Part shown: piece by piece, positions 1 through 10,752 of the stretch
How positions within the stretch are numbered: position 1 is the first letter of the stretch
Layout: the number at the start of each line of letters is the position of its first letter
Assembly: GCA_016186625.1 (NCBI GenBank)
Contig: JACPLG010000008.1
Location: 147,142-211,141 of the forward strand
Reading direction: 5' to 3'
DNA from: Candidatus Levyibacteriota bacterium
GTDB lineage: Bacteria > Patescibacteriota > Microgenomatia > Levybacterales > UBA12049
DNA length: 64,000 nucleotides
The notes under the pieces: model-generated
The model's input: only the letters and a program-made list of their open reading frames with translations
Databases searched by the model: none
What the model was told of the DNA's origin: nothing
Position numbers and translations under genes: made by a program

Positions 1-263
1 TTAGGCCAGTTCTAAATTTATTTTCACTTCCCCTAAATGCAGTAACTCTTGGACTTTTTTCTTTTATTGCAAATGCGATTATTCTCTATATCCTAACAGT
101 TTTAGTCCCCGACATTTCTGTCTCAGAGTTTACTTTCAACGGCTTCTCTTTTGCCGGTTTTGTTGTTCCGGTAATTCACTTTAGCACTCTTTATGCCTTT
201 ATAGTCTCGGCCGCAGTCCTTTCACTCATAATCAACTTCTTCGACTGGTTGATTAAAAAATAA
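1..263 (+). CDS. Phage holin family / YvlD (DUF360-like) membrane protein, 5'-truncated by window edge
   Basis: Manual frame-3 translation RPVLNLFSLPLNAVTLGLFSFIANAIILYIL...FDWLIKK*, matching the family pattern RPxLxLxxLPxxxxTLGLFxxxxNA; stop at 261-263. Confidence 0.75.
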   Translation, partial: RPVLNLFSLPLNAVTLGLFSFIANAIILYILTVLVPDISVSEFTFNGFSFAGFVVPVIHFSTLYAFIVSAAVLSLIINFFDWLIKK

Positions 264-268
264 TTAGC

Positions 269-289
269 TTCCCACTTGACATGTGGGAA
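269..289. repeat. Palindromic repeat family A (TTCCCAC-N7-GTGGGAA)
   Basis: ttcccacttgacatgtgggaa; related copies at ~8146, ~26783, ~56276, ~63018. Confidence 0.85.
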
Positions 290-431
290 CGTAGACTTCC
301 GAAAAAGAAAAATAAAATAATAAACATCCCGACGTGCAAAGCTATTCCACATCGGAAGTGGAACAGCTCTACACCTAAGAATTGAAGCCCTGAACTTGCA
401 AAAAAAACCCATTTGGTAGATAATAAACCTC

Positions 432-641
432 GTGATTTTGATTATCCTTGAATCTTTTGTTGCGGTTGCTCTTATTGTGGTAATTCTCCTTCAAGCTCAG
501 GGTTCAGGACTCTCTGCAAGCTTTGGCGGAACAGGCGAATCGTTCAGAAGCAGACGAAGCGTTGAGAAATTACTGGTTGCGGCAACTATTATTTTGGCAA
601 TTGTTTTTGCGTTTTTATCAATATTACTTCTGATCCCCTAA
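432..641 (+). CDS. secG: Preprotein translocase subunit SecG
   Basis: Two TM helices flanking ILLQ..GSGLSASFGG and RRSVEKLL motifs. Confidence 0.92.
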   Translation: MILIILESFVAVALIVVILLQAQGSGLSASFGGTGESFRSRRSVEKLLVAATIILAIVFAFLSILLLIP

Positions 642-653
642 AGCTTAGGACTT

Positions 654-2024
654 ATGATTTTTTTAAAGAGAAAAAGACTCATTTTTTGGCTCCTCAGAGC
701 GTATTTAAAAAAATGGGGAAAGACAATTGGGGCTTTTTTTATTTTTGGATTTTCCATAATTTTTTTACTTTTTTTTAATAGAAATCTTTTGTTTTCAAAA
801 ATACCTGTTGTGAATAGTCAAAGAGTAGGGGTGGCTGGAATCTATTCTTCACGGGACGTCCCGAGTAATTTACCGGAGATTATACTATCCAAATCATCAA
901 GGGGTCTAACAAAAATTTCGGAAAAAGGAGAGGTCACGGCTGATATTGCAAAATCATGGGAAATAAAAGACGACGGGAAAACTTTTGTTTTTTATTTAAA
1001 AGAAGGAATACGTTTTTCCGACGGGGAGGAACTGGACTCATCCGCCATCAACTATAATTTTGAGGACGCTACAATAGAGCGGCCTGCCAAGCAAGTTATA
1101 ATCTTTAAACTGAGGCATAAATATTCCCCGTTTTTAGTAACCCTTGCAAACCATAGAATATTCAAAGAAAATTACGTTGGAATTTCCGACTATAAAATTA
1201 AAAAAATTAAAAAAAACGACGAATTTATCAGAAGCATTGAGCTTGTTAATGCTTTGGACAAACAAAAAATAGAATATATTTTTTACGATACTCAGGAAGC
1301 GCTCAAGCATGCATATGTTTTGGGTGAAATCACTTCAATTATTGATATTAATGATTTGAATTATAAAAACAAAATAAGCTTTGAGAATTTTAACAATACA
1401 ACTACATCAAAAAATATAAATTACAATAAAATTGTTACGATTTTTTTCAATAATTCCGATCCGGTGCTTTCAGATAAAAAGATAAGAAAAGCTCTTGCAT
1501 ACTCTCTTCCCGACACATTTCCTGACGGCCAAAGAACCCGCACCCCTTATGTAAATGAATATTGGTTTAGCGATAAATCGCAAGACTATGAAAGAGATAT
1601 TGAATACGCAAGGCTGCTACTTGAGCAAACAGAGGCCTCAAAAAGCGCCACTATTAAAATTGAAGTCAAAGCTCTTCCCCAATACAAAACTTTAGCCGAG
1701 TCAGTTTCCAAAGAATGGGAAAAAATAGGAATAAAAACTAAAATAGAGGTAGTATATGGCGTTCCTTCCTCCTACCAGGTATTTTTGGGAGAACTGCCGG
1801 TTCTTAGGGACCCGGACCAGTACACGCTGTGGCATACCGGACAAGACAGTAATATCACAAATTATAGAAATCTTAGAATAGATAAGCTTCTTGAAGACGG
1901 TAGAAGAACTTATAATACTTCGGAGCGAAGAAAAATATATTCTGATTTCCAGAAATATCTTCTTGATGACATGCCTGCGGCATTTCTATTTTTTCCATAT
2001 ACTTACACAATAAGCCGAAAGTAA
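654..2024 (+). CDS. ABC transporter substrate-binding protein, family 5 (OppA/DppA-like), membrane anchored
   Basis: GLTK...DIAKSWEI..DGKTFVFYLKEGIRFSDG, LSDKKIRKALAY and C-terminal IDKLLEDGR...RRKIYSDFQ..L.DDMP motifs. Confidence 0.85.
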   Translation: MIFLKRKRLIFWLLRAYLKKWGKTIGAFFIFGFSIIFLLFFNRNLLFSKIPVVNSQRVGVAGIYSSRDVPSNLPEIILSKSSRGLTKISEKGEVTADIAKSWEIKDDGKTFVFYLKEGIRFSDGEELDSSAINYNFEDATIERPAKQVIIFKLRHKYSPFLVTLANHRIFKENYVGISDYKIKKIKKNDEFIRSIELVNALDKQKIEYIFYDTQEALKHAYVLGEITSIIDINDLNYKNKISFENFNNTTTSKNINYNKIVTIFFNNSDPVLSDKKIRKALAYSLPDTFPDGQRTRTPYVNEYWFSDKSQDYERDIEYARLLLEQTEASKSATIKIEVKALPQYKTLAESVSKEWEKIGIKTKIEVVYGVPSSYQVFLGELPVLRDPDQYTLWHTGQDSNITNYRNLRIDKLLEDGRRTYNTSERRKIYSDFQKYLLDDMPAAFLFFPYTYTISRK

Positions 2025-2055
2025 ATGGGACAAACCTCTCAAGTTTCGCAATATT

Positions 2056-2109
2056 CTGAGGTGTAAACTTAATTTCACCCCGGGTGTGAATTTCTCTTTA
2101 CACGCCAGG
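2056..2109. repeat. Palindromic repeat family B (GTGTAAA...CACCCCGGGTGTG...TTTACAC)
   Basis: Imperfect long palindrome; related copies at 26823-26890 and 55007-55044. Confidence 0.8.
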
Positions 2110-3390
2110 AGTGAGGATAAATTTACTTCTTAGTTTTCGATGGTATACTAGTGCAAACCTATGTGCCTCATCACGAATTCTTCTAACGAGTATTAGCGCC
2201 GGTGAACTGTGAGAAAACCGAATTATTTTAAAATCAGATGTGATTAATAATTCTTCTCTTTTGGCAATTCCTATAACAGGAATAGATACGTTTTCCTCAA
2301 ATAAAGCTTTATTTACTACCGATACTTGTCCCTTTCCTCCATCAACAATAATCAAATTTGGAAACTCCCAATCTTTATGGTTAAGCCGTCTTTTAATAAC
2401 TTCCCTGATCATGGCAAAATCATTTGGGATTACCCTTGGCGGTCTTTTAATTTGAAATCTTCTGTATTCTTGGACATCTTTCTCCCCGTTTATAAAAACC
2501 ACCATAGAACCCGTAGCATGGATTCCTCCAATATTTGAGATATCATAACACTCGATTCGAAATAAACTTTTAACACCAACTCCGTTTAACTGAAGCGTTT
2601 TTTGAAGCTCGCTGAGTTCTTTGGTTCTTAAATCAGACCTTAGATTAGGATTTTGTTCATATTCAAAAGGACTTCTTCTTGGAGACGTGATTAACAATAT
2701 TGCATCAATTTTTTGCTGAATCTGCGCTGCCTTTTCAAAGTTTTCAGACCTACTTTGCTTATCTCGATCTTTTTCAAGGTCTTTTATTATTTTTTTTGCT
2801 TTACCTTCAAAAAAGTGGATGATATGCTTGATATTTTTGCGGTATTCTCTTAACTCTTGTTTATTTTTAAACATGGGAGGGCATGGACAAAGATCTAAGT
2901 GGTGGTAAAGACAGTATCTCTTAGGATGATTTACAACTGACTGGTACGGGAAAATTTTTCTGATCAGTTTCATGACTACTTTTAGATCATTTGAGCTAGG
3001 ATATGGTCCAAAATATATTGACTTCCCGTCTTCTTCTCTTCTTGCCAGTAAAACTTTTGGAATCTTCTCTCCATTTGTAATTTTTGCGCGAATATAACTC
3101 TTTCCGTCCGTTAGTCTTGCGTTATATTTTGGATTATATTTTTTAATAAGGTTTGCTTCCAGAAGAAGTGCCTCAATCTCGGAATCAACGGGAACTGTTT
3201 TTACCTTTTTTATTTTGCCGACTAAAGCCTGAGTTTTTGGTCCGAGATCCTTATTGAGAAAGTAAGACGAAACACGTTTTTTTAAATTCTTAGCTTTACC
3301 AACATAAAGAACTTCCCTATTTTCATCGATGAATAGATAAACCCCTTCTTTTGAAGACAATGATTGATATAGCTGCTGTTGTTGTAACAA
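2098..3390 (-). CDS. uvrC: Excinuclease ABC subunit C (short form: GIY-YIG + UVR + RNase H-like, no HhH)
   Basis: GVYLF..YVGKAKNLKKRVSSYF, EALLLEANLIK, RIECYDISN, LIIVDGGKGQ, RIRDEAHRFA. Confidence 0.9.
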   Translation of the reverse strand: MLQQQQLYQSLSSKEGVYLFIDENREVLYVGKAKNLKKRVSSYFLNKDLGPKTQALVGKIKKVKTVPVDSEIEALLLEANLIKKYNPKYNARLTDGKSYIRAKITNGEKIPKVLLARREEDGKSIYFGPYPSSNDLKVVMKLIRKIFPYQSVVNHPKRYCLYHHLDLCPCPPMFKNKQELREYRKNIKHIIHFFEGKAKKIIKDLEKDRDKQSRSENFEKAAQIQQKIDAILLITSPRRSPFEYEQNPNLRSDLRTKELSELQKTLQLNGVGVKSLFRIECYDISNIGGIHATGSMVVFINGEKDVQEYRRFQIKRPPRVIPNDFAMIREVIKRRLNHKDWEFPNLIIVDGGKGQVSVVNKALFEENVSIPVIGIAKREELLITSDFKIIRFSHSSPALILVRRIRDEAHRFALVYHRKLRSKFILTPGV

Positions 3391-5194
3391 TTATGAGCCC
3401 TCCAACTAATGCGGCAATAAAATATATATGTTTGTAAAAAGGAAGAATAACTACCCCTTTTTCCAAAATATCTTTGCCGATTGCAATTCTAATTGTATCG
3501 GTTTCGTTTGTCAAAAAAGGTCTCGGATTAAATTTTACTGGAATAACTTTCCTGCCATATGGAGGAATTTTCTCAAAATATAAATTTTGAGAAAAGGGGT
3601 TAAGCTTTTCAGATGTCACCTTAACGTTTTGATCAGGAGCAAGAACCCCGGAATTATTAGTAAGGATAATTTCTCCGTTAATGGATAGTCCTCCAAAATA
3701 GGTTTTAGAAAAATTTGTTGAAGCGCTAAGAACTGGCATTTTCTTAACAAAAACTTTTGACACACTTACTTTGACGTCTTGAGCGCTTTTTTTACCTGGA
3801 ATTTTATAACCTCCAGCTGGGATAGGGTACTGACTGTCAACGCCCTTTACTACAAAAGCGAAATGGTCAAAATCAAAGACATTAAAGTAGTCAATTCCTC
3901 CTGTGGTGTTTTGCCAGGTTGGGTCAACCATAATCCATGCCTCCTTTTCAAAATCGTAATACTGCGGCCAACTATGCAAAACGTCTTTATATAAGGACAG
4001 AGGGCGCTTTGCGGAATTAGTTGTGTTTGCATATCCCTCAACGGAGCGTGCAGGAATTCCGGCAGCGCGCACAAGAGCTATGAAAAGATCTGTAAACTCA
4101 AGACACACCGCTGAATTTTTATTTTTTAAAACTCCTGCAGCTCCTGCCCTTACCTGGACATCCTTTACTCTTCCTTCATCATATTTCAGATTCTCAACAA
4201 CCCAGTTGTAGATTTTTTCAGGAGTTTTGAGCTCCGAAGCGAGCTTTTTTATTTCCGCGTCATTTGTATTCCAATACTCTTGAGATTTTAGAAAAGTTTG
4301 TTTTTGAACCTGGGTTAAAGGTTCTTTTCTGGGTTTATAAGAAACCCTAGCTACACCTTTTACCAAAACGTCCAAATCTTTTGATGGAAGGAGTCTATAT
4401 TTTGCAAGCCAGTTGCCATCCCCATCAACATAGACATCAATTGGCCTTGGGTTAATATCATCAATAAAAACGGTTTGATAATTATTATCAGACGGTATTG
4501 CAATCTCTGTTACTATTGGATACAAATTTTTATTCTGGAGATGATAGGTAAGTTCAAAGGAATAATTCTGGGTCTGCCCATATGCGATTGATATTCCACC
4601 ACTTCCCAAGTCATTTTTTGAAAAAGATAGGGAATTTGCGGAGGTTTTTACGTTTTTTACAAGAGGCTTTATGATGCTAGGACTACCAAAAGTTTGCGGA
4701 ACGGCTACAGTTGAGCTAAAGGTTTCATAATCTTGCTGATCCGAAATTCCGGGAATATTTATTTCCCAAATATCGCCGAAATTTTTTGCAATTTCGGAGG
4801 TTTCAAAATTTATTTTAAACTTTTGGGAATTGTTAATTCCTACAACTTTCTGATTAAAACTAAATGATAAAAGTGTCCCTTTGTTGTTTTTGCTAAGTTT
4901 GGGTTTCAACTCTCCTATTAAATCCGACCCTTTTATATTTTTGATTTCTTCAAAACCTGTCTGGATACTATATGAGTTTGCATAGAATTCCGATGTTTTA
5001 TTTTTTAGCTCAACATCAATTCCTACATTCGTAGTCCCATTTTCCGACACTTGGTAGGTAATGTTATAAAAGGTGGAAAAATTATTAGAGGCTAGAGCAC
5101 TCTTAGCAAATATAAGAGAAAGGATGAATATCGTAAATACCAGAGTAAACAGTCTCGCGAAGCGAGATCTGGCTTCGCCAGAATTTTTTTTCAT
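3323..5194 (-). CDS. Exported, C-terminally anchored transglutaminase-like domain protein
   Basis: Signal peptide, AVCLEFTDLFIALVRAAGIPAR (Cys), LHSW (His), VDPTW (Asp), C-terminal TM. Confidence 0.85.
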   Translation of the reverse strand: MKKNSGEARSRFARLFTLVFTIFILSLIFAKSALASNNFSTFYNITYQVSENGTTNVGIDVELKNKTSEFYANSYSIQTGFEEIKNIKGSDLIGELKPKLSKNNKGTLLSFSFNQKVVGINNSQKFKINFETSEIAKNFGDIWEINIPGISDQQDYETFSSTVAVPQTFGSPSIIKPLVKNVKTSANSLSFSKNDLGSGGISIAYGQTQNYSFELTYHLQNKNLYPIVTEIAIPSDNNYQTVFIDDINPRPIDVYVDGDGNWLAKYRLLPSKDLDVLVKGVARVSYKPRKEPLTQVQKQTFLKSQEYWNTNDAEIKKLASELKTPEKIYNWVVENLKYDEGRVKDVQVRAGAAGVLKNKNSAVCLEFTDLFIALVRAAGIPARSVEGYANTTNSAKRPLSLYKDVLHSWPQYYDFEKEAWIMVDPTWQNTTGGIDYFNVFDFDHFAFVVKGVDSQYPIPAGGYKIPGKKSAQDVKVSVSKVFVKKMPVLSASTNFSKTYFGGLSINGEIILTNNSGVLAPDQNVKVTSEKLNPFSQNLYFEKIPPYGRKVIPVKFNPRPFLTNETDTIRIAIGKDILEKGVVILPFYKHIYFIAALVGGLIIVTTTAAISIIVFKRRGLSIHR

Positions 5195-5228
5195 TTAATA
5201 TATTGTTTATCCCACCTAGATTATATAT

Positions 5229-8108
5229 CTAACGGGGTAAAACTTTTTTTAAAAATTGTCCAGTATAGGATTTGGAATTAGTAGAAATTTCTTTTGGTGT
5301 CCCTTCTGCTACGATTTGTCCGCCTCCTTCTCCACCATCAGGACCTAAGTCTATTATATAATCGGCGTTTTTAATAATATCAAGATTGTGCTCGATTATT
5401 ATTACCGTATTTCCCATATCAACGAGACGGCGCAGCACTTGCAGAAGTTTTTCAAGGTCTGCAAAATGAAGACCGGATGTCGGTTCATCAAGTAGATAAA
5501 GAGCATTGGACCCTCTTTTCGAAAGCTCTGTTGCCAATTTTACACGTTGTGCTTCACCTCCTGAAAGAGTCGGTGCAGGCTGTCCAAGTTTTATATAAGA
5601 TAGCCCTACGTCATTTAAAGTTTGGAGTCTATTGTTAAGAGCCGGAATAAAATTAAAGAATCCTGCTGCCTCAAAAACGCTCATAGAAAGAACGTCTGCA
5701 ATATTTTTTCCGCTAAATTGTACTTCCAAAGCCTCTTTATTGTATTGTTTTCCCTCACAAACCTCGCACTTTATATAAACGTCAGGTAAGAATTGCATTT
5801 CAATTTTGATCTGACCCTCGCCTTCACAAGCCTCACACCGTCCTCCTTTAACATTAAAAGAAAATCTTCCCGGTCCATAACCCTTAAGCCGGGCAGACTT
5901 GGTTTTGGCAAAAATATCTCTTATATAATTAAAAGCTCCGGTATAGGTTGCAGGGTTGCTCCTGGGAGTTCTTCCAATCGGGCTTTGGTCAATTAAATAA
6001 ATATGCTTAACGTGTTCAAACCCTTGAATACTTTTATACTTTCCGGGTTTTTGCCTATGGAACGGATTTTCAATCTGCATAAGCCCGTGGTACAAAATAT
6101 CATTGATAAGGGTTGATTTTCCCGATCCCGAGACTCCAGTCACCACAATTAGTTTTTTAAGGGGAAAAGTAACATCTATGTTTTTAAGATTATGCTCAGA
6201 AGCACCCCTTATGATTAATTTTTCTGAAATTCCGTTTGTTTGAACGCTTTCTATTTTTATTTTCCGTCTTCCCGAGAGATACTGTCCTGTTAGAGAATCT
6301 TTGTTTCTCTTTATTTGATCAATTGTTCCCTGAAAAACAATTCTCCCTCCCTCTTCTCCGGCAAGAGGCCCAAAGTCTATAACCTCATCCGAAGAGCGCA
6401 TTGTTTCCTCATCATGCTCAACAACAAGAACTGTATTTCCCAGATTTTTAAGCTTAATAAGTGTTTCAATTAGTTTTTTGTTGTCTTTCTGGTGAAGACC
6501 GATTGAAGGCTCGTCCAAAACATAAAGTACGCCGGTCAAGCCTGAGCCAATCTGAGATGCAAGTCTTATTCTTTGGGCTTCTCCACCAGCGAGTGTTTCA
6601 GCCCCCCGGGAAAGAGTTAAGTAATTGAGTCCAACATCAGTCAGAAAAGTCAGGCGCTCTTTAATCTCTTTTATAATCAAGCGTCCTATTGTATTTTCGC
6701 GTCCAGTTATTACTTTGTGAAGATTATCTACAAAAGCAAGCGACTCATCAATTGAAGTATCACAAGCCTCAATTATTGATTTATTATTTATAGTTACGGA
6801 TAATGCCTCTTTTTTAAGACGAGAGCCATTACACTGCGGACAAATTTCATATCTCATAAATTTTTCAATTTGAGATTTGAAAAACATCGACTCTGTATTT
6901 TGATATCGGTTCTTAAGCTCTTGTAAAATTCCAGGGAAAGTTTCGGTAATTGTGGTTCCTCTTCCCCATCTATTTTGCCCATGAACAGAGTACTGTCTAT
7001 CCCCTGTTCCTTTAAGAAGAAGATCTTTTTTAGTGCTGTGAATTTCCGATAGTCTTTGGTTTAGGGGAATTGCGTTTTCCTCACAAAAAGTTTTAAAGGT
7101 GCGGGAAAACCAGGTATCATGGGAGAGTAAATTTGAAAACGGCAATATTCCTCCTTCAAGAATTGTCAGATTGTTGTTAAAAATCAGGCCCGGATCAACG
7201 GTTAGAATTGTTCCCAGTCCGTCACATGTTGGACATGCACCGTGTGGAGTGTTAAATGAAAAGATTCTGGGTTCTATCTCTGGAAGTGAAATATTATCAA
7301 CCGGGCATGCGAATTTTGTCGAAAATAAATGATCTTCCATTTTCTTAGGACTGTCTGGTATCTCAAAACCGGAATCTTTAATAACACTTAAAACTGCCTC
7401 TCCATCGCCAAACTTTAGTGCCTGCTCAACATCTGTAGATAAGCGGGATCTGTCTGTTTTATTATTCAACATTAATTTATCAACAATAAGCTCAATTGAA
7501 TGCTTGTTTGTTTTAATTAAAACCAGCTCTTCTGAAAGATCATAAATAACCCTGTCAACTCGTACTTGTTTGTACCCGCGTTTTCTCAAATCTTCAAAAA
7601 GCTGTCCATACTCACCTTTTCTGTCTTTAACAATCGGGGCAAGAATCATAGCTTTAACGTTTTTTGAATTATTGTTCGAAGGAAAAGCCATTATCATATC
7701 TGTGATTTGTTCGGGAGCAAGATGTGAGATTTCCCTACCACATATCGGACAGTGGGGATGACCAATTCTGGCAAAAAGCAGGCGCAGATAATCATAGATT
7801 TCAGTAACTGTCCCAACAGTGGACCGGGGATTTCTGGAAGTTGATTTTTGGTCAATTGAAATTGCCGGCGAAAGTCCTTCAATAAGGTCCACGTCCGGCT
7901 TTTTCATTACTCCTAAAAATTGCCTTGCATAAGAAGAAAGACTTTCTACATATCGGCGCTGACCTTCTGCGTAAATCGTGTCAAATGCAAGAGAGGATTT
8001 TCCACTTCCTGAAAGTCCTGTAAAAACAACAAGTTTATTCTTGGGAATCTCAAGGTCTATATTCTTTAGATTATGCTCTCTTGCCCCTTTGATAATTATC
8101 TTATCCAT
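5229..8108 (-). CDS. uvrA: Excinuclease ABC subunit A
   Basis: [39 protein letters not shown], two ABC domains, Zn fingers. Confidence 0.98.
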   Translation of the reverse strand: MDKIIIKGAREHNLKNIDLEIPKNKLVVFTGLSGSGKSSLAFDTIYAEGQRRYVESLSSYARQFLGVMKKPDVDLIEGLSPAISIDQKSTSRNPRSTVGTVTEIYDYLRLLFARIGHPHCPICGREISHLAPEQITDMIMAFPSNNNSKNVKAMILAPIVKDRKGEYGQLFEDLRKRGYKQVRVDRVIYDLSEELVLIKTNKHSIELIVDKLMLNNKTDRSRLSTDVEQALKFGDGEAVLSVIKDSGFEIPDSPKKMEDHLFSTKFACPVDNISLPEIEPRIFSFNTPHGACPTCDGLGTILTVDPGLIFNNNLTILEGGILPFSNLLSHDTWFSRTFKTFCEENAIPLNQRLSEIHSTKKDLLLKGTGDRQYSVHGQNRWGRGTTITETFPGILQELKNRYQNTESMFFKSQIEKFMRYEICPQCNGSRLKKEALSVTINNKSIIEACDTSIDESLAFVDNLHKVITGRENTIGRLIIKEIKERLTFLTDVGLNYLTLSRGAETLAGGEAQRIRLASQIGSGLTGVLYVLDEPSIGLHQKDNKKLIETLIKLKNLGNTVLVVEHDEETMRSSDEVIDFGPLAGEEGGRIVFQGTIDQIKRNKDSLTGQYLSGRRKIKIESVQTNGISEKLIIRGASEHNLKNIDVTFPLKKLIVVTGVSGSGKSTLINDILYHGLMQIENPFHRQKPGKYKSIQGFEHVKHIYLIDQSPIGRTPRSNPATYTGAFNYIRDIFAKTKSARLKGYGPGRFSFNVKGGRCEACEGEGQIKIEMQFLPDVYIKCEVCEGKQYNKEALEVQFSGKNIADVLSMSVFEAAGFFNFIPALNNRLQTLNDVGLSYIKLGQPAPTLSGGEAQRVKLATELSKRGSNALYLLDEPTSGLHFADLEKLLQVLRRLVDMGNTVIIIEHNLDIIKNADYIIDLGPDGGEGGGQIVAEGTPKEISTNSKSYTGQFLKKVLPR

Positions 8109-8145
8109 ATTACTTTCCCTACGGTACTACGCATCTAAATCTAGC

Positions 8146-8166
8146 TTCCCACTTGACAAGTGGGAA
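8146..8166. repeat. Palindromic repeat family A copy
   Basis: ttcccacttgacaagtgggaa. Confidence 0.85.
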
Positions 8167-8244
8167 CACACTTCATACTTATGTGTTGATGAAAAATAAA
8201 CGGTTTTGCCGAAGAAATATTATAGAGGAAAAAATCTCCAGCGT

Positions 8245-8316
8245 CTAGGGTGTGGGTTGTAGGGCGTAGGACAACGATCTAAAACTAATCCCTAAACGCT
8301 ACACCCTACTCCCTAG
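8245..8316. repeat. Inverted degenerate heptamer array (TAGGGTG-like / CACCCTA-like), possible hairpin
   Basis: ctagggtgtgggttgtagggcgtagg ... cctaaacgctacaccctactccctag. Confidence 0.6.
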
Positions 8317-8895
8317 TTAGGGTTTCCATGCTTCAAAGACAAAGTGATTTCCATTACTAACTACACATCCGTATGGCACGTCTTTACTTAAATTTTCGTT
8401 GTGGCCGGAAGAGGTGATCCAGCCGGGGACTACTTTATCCGGATCAGAATTCATGGCAATATTTTCTGCAACTTCTGACCAGGATGGATATGGAAGAGTT
8501 TTTGAGTCAATTCGCTGACGAAACTCGTCATGAGAAAAATTTGACATAATTTCAAAGACCCGAGTCTTGGCAAAAAAACATGTCTCGGAATTTGCAGCCA
8601 AAGGTGGAAGACCTTTTCCTGCCCGAAATGAATTAATTTGTTGTAGTAAGTCCGTGACACCAGCTTCTGGAGATTTTGACGGGTATACTAGTATATCCGT
8701 AACAGTTGGAGTTTGTTTGGGAGTGATTGTGGGCCTCCGGCTCGGAGAAGCCTCCGGCTCGGAGAGACTTATTGTTGGAGTTATGAATACTTCTTCACTG
8801 GTTATTCCCGCAATGTTTTGTTGGGGCGCGTTGGCTGAGGTTACAAATCCTATTAAAGCAGTTAAAATTGGTAAAGTTCCGAGGATAAAAAACAC
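8317..8895 (-). CDS. Exported CAP (SCP-like) domain protein
   Basis: LLQQINSFRAGKGLPPL, FSHD, AENIA, GWITSSGHNENL; N-terminal hydrophobic segment; start uncertain. Confidence 0.85.
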   Translation of the reverse strand: MFFILGTLPILTALIGFVTSANAPQQNIAGITSEEVFITPTISLSEPEASPSRRPTITPKQTPTVTDILVYPSKSPEAGVTDLLQQINSFRAGKGLPPLAANSETCFFAKTRVFEIMSNFSHDEFRQRIDSKTLPYPSWSEVAENIAMNSDPDKVVPGWITSSGHNENLSKDVPYGCVVSNGNHFVFEAWKP

Positions 8896-8997
8896 CTTAT
8901 AGATCTTATTAAAAAAATCTTCTTAAATCAATCAGAAAAATTATGATTTTTTTTAATATTTATGGGATTTGTATTTTTCTGATCTATTTTGTCCGTA

Positions 8998-9026
8998 TTG
9001 ACTTGTAGTTTTTCACAACATAATAT
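8998..9026 (+). promoter_or_regulatory. Sigma70-type promoter of the SipW/TasA-like operon
   Basis: TTGACT-17 nt-TAATAT. Confidence 0.6.
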
Positions 9027-9083
9027 GTTGAAAATAATTAAGAGTTGGTTATCTAACTATATCAAGGTATATATAAAGCAATT

Positions 9084-9131
9084 CTGACCGCAAACGGAGG
9101 AATATGATAAATGTCCTAATTAGTTTAGACG
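9084..9131 (+). promoter_or_regulatory. Conserved leader RNA motif, copy 1 (CTGACCGCAAACGGAGG + TGTCCTA..AGT.T.GACG)
   Basis: 17 nt identical to reverse complement of 18671-18687; second conserved block follows in both copies. Confidence 0.7.
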
Positions 9132-9178
9132 GCAAAAAGACTTGTATAGAAATATACAGGTCTTTTTTGTTGCGTTTT
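9132..9178 (+). terminator. Intrinsic terminator/attenuator in operon leader
   Basis: aaaaagacttgtata-gaaa-tatacaggtctttttt hairpin with T-tract. Confidence 0.7.
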
Positions 9179-9250
9179 AAAGACGCTGCCCATCTTTAAA
9201 AAAGCATTGTGAAGTGAAGTCCCGCACCCGTTCAGGTTTACATAAATGAT

Positions 9251-9508
9251 ATGTATTACGTTTATGTTTTGAGAAGTAAAAAAGACGGAAAGCTTTATAC
9301 AGGTTTTACAGACAATCCTGAAAAAAGACTTAAAAAACACAATGCAGGTGAAGTTTTATCAACAAAGGTAAGAGTTCCTTTTGAGATAGTTTATTTGGAA
9401 GGGTGCAAAAACAAAACTGATGCATTGCATAGAGAAATTTATTTAAAAACAAGTTGGGGAAAAAGATACGTGAAAAATAGAATTAAAAATTATCTTAGAT
9501 CCCATTGA
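9251..9508 (+). CDS. Small stand-alone GIY-YIG nuclease family protein
   Basis: MYYVYVLRS...LYTGFTDNPEKRLKKHNAG...ALHREIYLK. Confidence 0.92.
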   Translation: MYYVYVLRSKKDGKLYTGFTDNPEKRLKKHNAGEVLSTKVRVPFEIVYLEGCKNKTDALHREIYLKTSWGKRYVKNRIKNYLRSH

Positions 9509-9609
9509 ATGGCTTTGAAGCCTATTCAATTGGGATAGAGGCCACAGTTGGATAGCTAACGCATCCAACGTGGTCCCATGAAGTGCTCCATAGGAGCTAC
9601 TTCATAGGG
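9501..9609. repeat. Three tandem imperfect palindromes immediately after the GIY-YIG gene
   Basis: cccattgaat..attcaattggg; ccacagttggat..atccaacgtgg; cccatgaagtgctc..gagctacttcataggg. Confidence 0.75.
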
Positions 9610-9625
9610 AGGGGGTGAGAAAATT

Positions 9626-10519
9626 ATGACAAATTTAATAAACACAAAAATAATTCTTTCAGGAGCAACAATTCTGGCAGCTGTAGCGCTCATTATAGGC
9701 GCCACATTTGCCTTCTTTAGCGACTCCGAAACTTCAATTGGAAATATATTTGCAACAGGTGAGCTGGATTTACAAATTGATGCAGAAGCACACTACGCAG
9801 GTTTAACTTGCGATGGGAGTGTTTGGGATGAAGATGTCCCGGATCAATCGACGAGACCCGATTTAATCGGCGATGACTGCGATGGCACATGGGCATTGAC
9901 CGATTTGGATGAAACTCATAAATTCTTCAATCTTACTGATATAAAGCCTGGAGATACAGGTGAGAATACAATCAGCATTCACGTGTTTGATAACGATGCT
10001 TGGGTTTATTTTGAAGTTAATCCAACATCCACTCCAAATGCCTTACAAAATGCACTGTTATTTAATGTATGGCTAGATCAAGGAGGTACACCTGGTTTTC
10101 AAGGACAAATAAACGATCCAACTGAGGGTGATAATATTAGACAACCAGTTACAGAACCTTTGTTAGCAAGTCCAGGAACTATCGATGTGGGCGGAGAGGC
10201 ATATGTATTAGGTCCAATTTTAGCTGCTGTAAGATCGTCTATTGATGCTGCAAGTGACGTATGTGATGATTCTGATACAGGAAGTGATCCAGATGGAGAC
10301 GGAGTAACAGATGGAAATGTGGGTGCATGTCAGGGGCTACCGATAGATGGTCATCTTGTTGGAAGCACAACTTATTACTTTGGTGTAGGCTGGGAATTGC
10401 CTAGCAGCACGGGAAATGAAGCACAAGCGCTAAGTTTTGTAGCGGATATGATATTCCAAGCAGTCCAATACAGAAACAATCCATCACCGGTATTTCCATT
10501 ACCAACGCCAACACCGTGA
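9626..10519 (+). CDS. TasA-like secreted protein with SipW-cognate signal peptide
   Basis: IIGATFA|FFSDSETSIGNIFATGELDL signal, IKPGDTG, W.LP..TGNEAQ...F.ADM.F.AVQ; strong RBS GGGGGTGA. Confidence 0.85.
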   Translation: MTNLINTKIILSGATILAAVALIIGATFAFFSDSETSIGNIFATGELDLQIDAEAHYAGLTCDGSVWDEDVPDQSTRPDLIGDDCDGTWALTDLDETHKFFNLTDIKPGDTGENTISIHVFDNDAWVYFEVNPTSTPNALQNALLFNVWLDQGGTPGFQGQINDPTEGDNIRQPVTEPLLASPGTIDVGGEAYVLGPILAAVRSSIDAASDVCDDSDTGSDPDGDGVTDGNVGACQGLPIDGHLVGSTTYYFGVGWELPSSTGNEAQALSFVADMIFQAVQYRNNPSPVFPLPTPTP

Positions 10520-10752
10520 TGGTTAATTAAGGGTGGGGATGTTGGGAATTTGGCCACCGGCTCAGAGAGCCTTTGGCTCGGAGAGGAAGATTCCCCACCC
10601 TAGGGCTGAGAGAAAAAATAAACGTGTGATTTGCATAGAAGTTTATTGTTCGAGCATGTTAAGAATACGTTGGTGATGCTCAGCGCAAGCTTCTCGACTC
10701 TCCTTCGATAGACTCAGGATTGCTCGAAGAAGAATTAGACAACGCTAAAAAT

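Noticed and set aside
1-263. Holin-family gene as evidence of a prophage
   Set aside because: This family is commonly chromosomal; neighbours are secG and housekeeping genes, with no phage genes in the window.
269-289. Family A palindrome as a portable promoter (contains TTGACA)
   Set aside because: No well-spaced -10 follows in the copies checked (8146, 56276), and two copies lack TTGACA.
191-412. 73-aa minus-strand ORF and the many other short antisense ORFs in the track (e.g. 18085-18522, 29961-30479, 49362-49781)
   Set aside because: They are shadows of well-supported genes on the opposite strand or run through repeats; no recognisable motifs.
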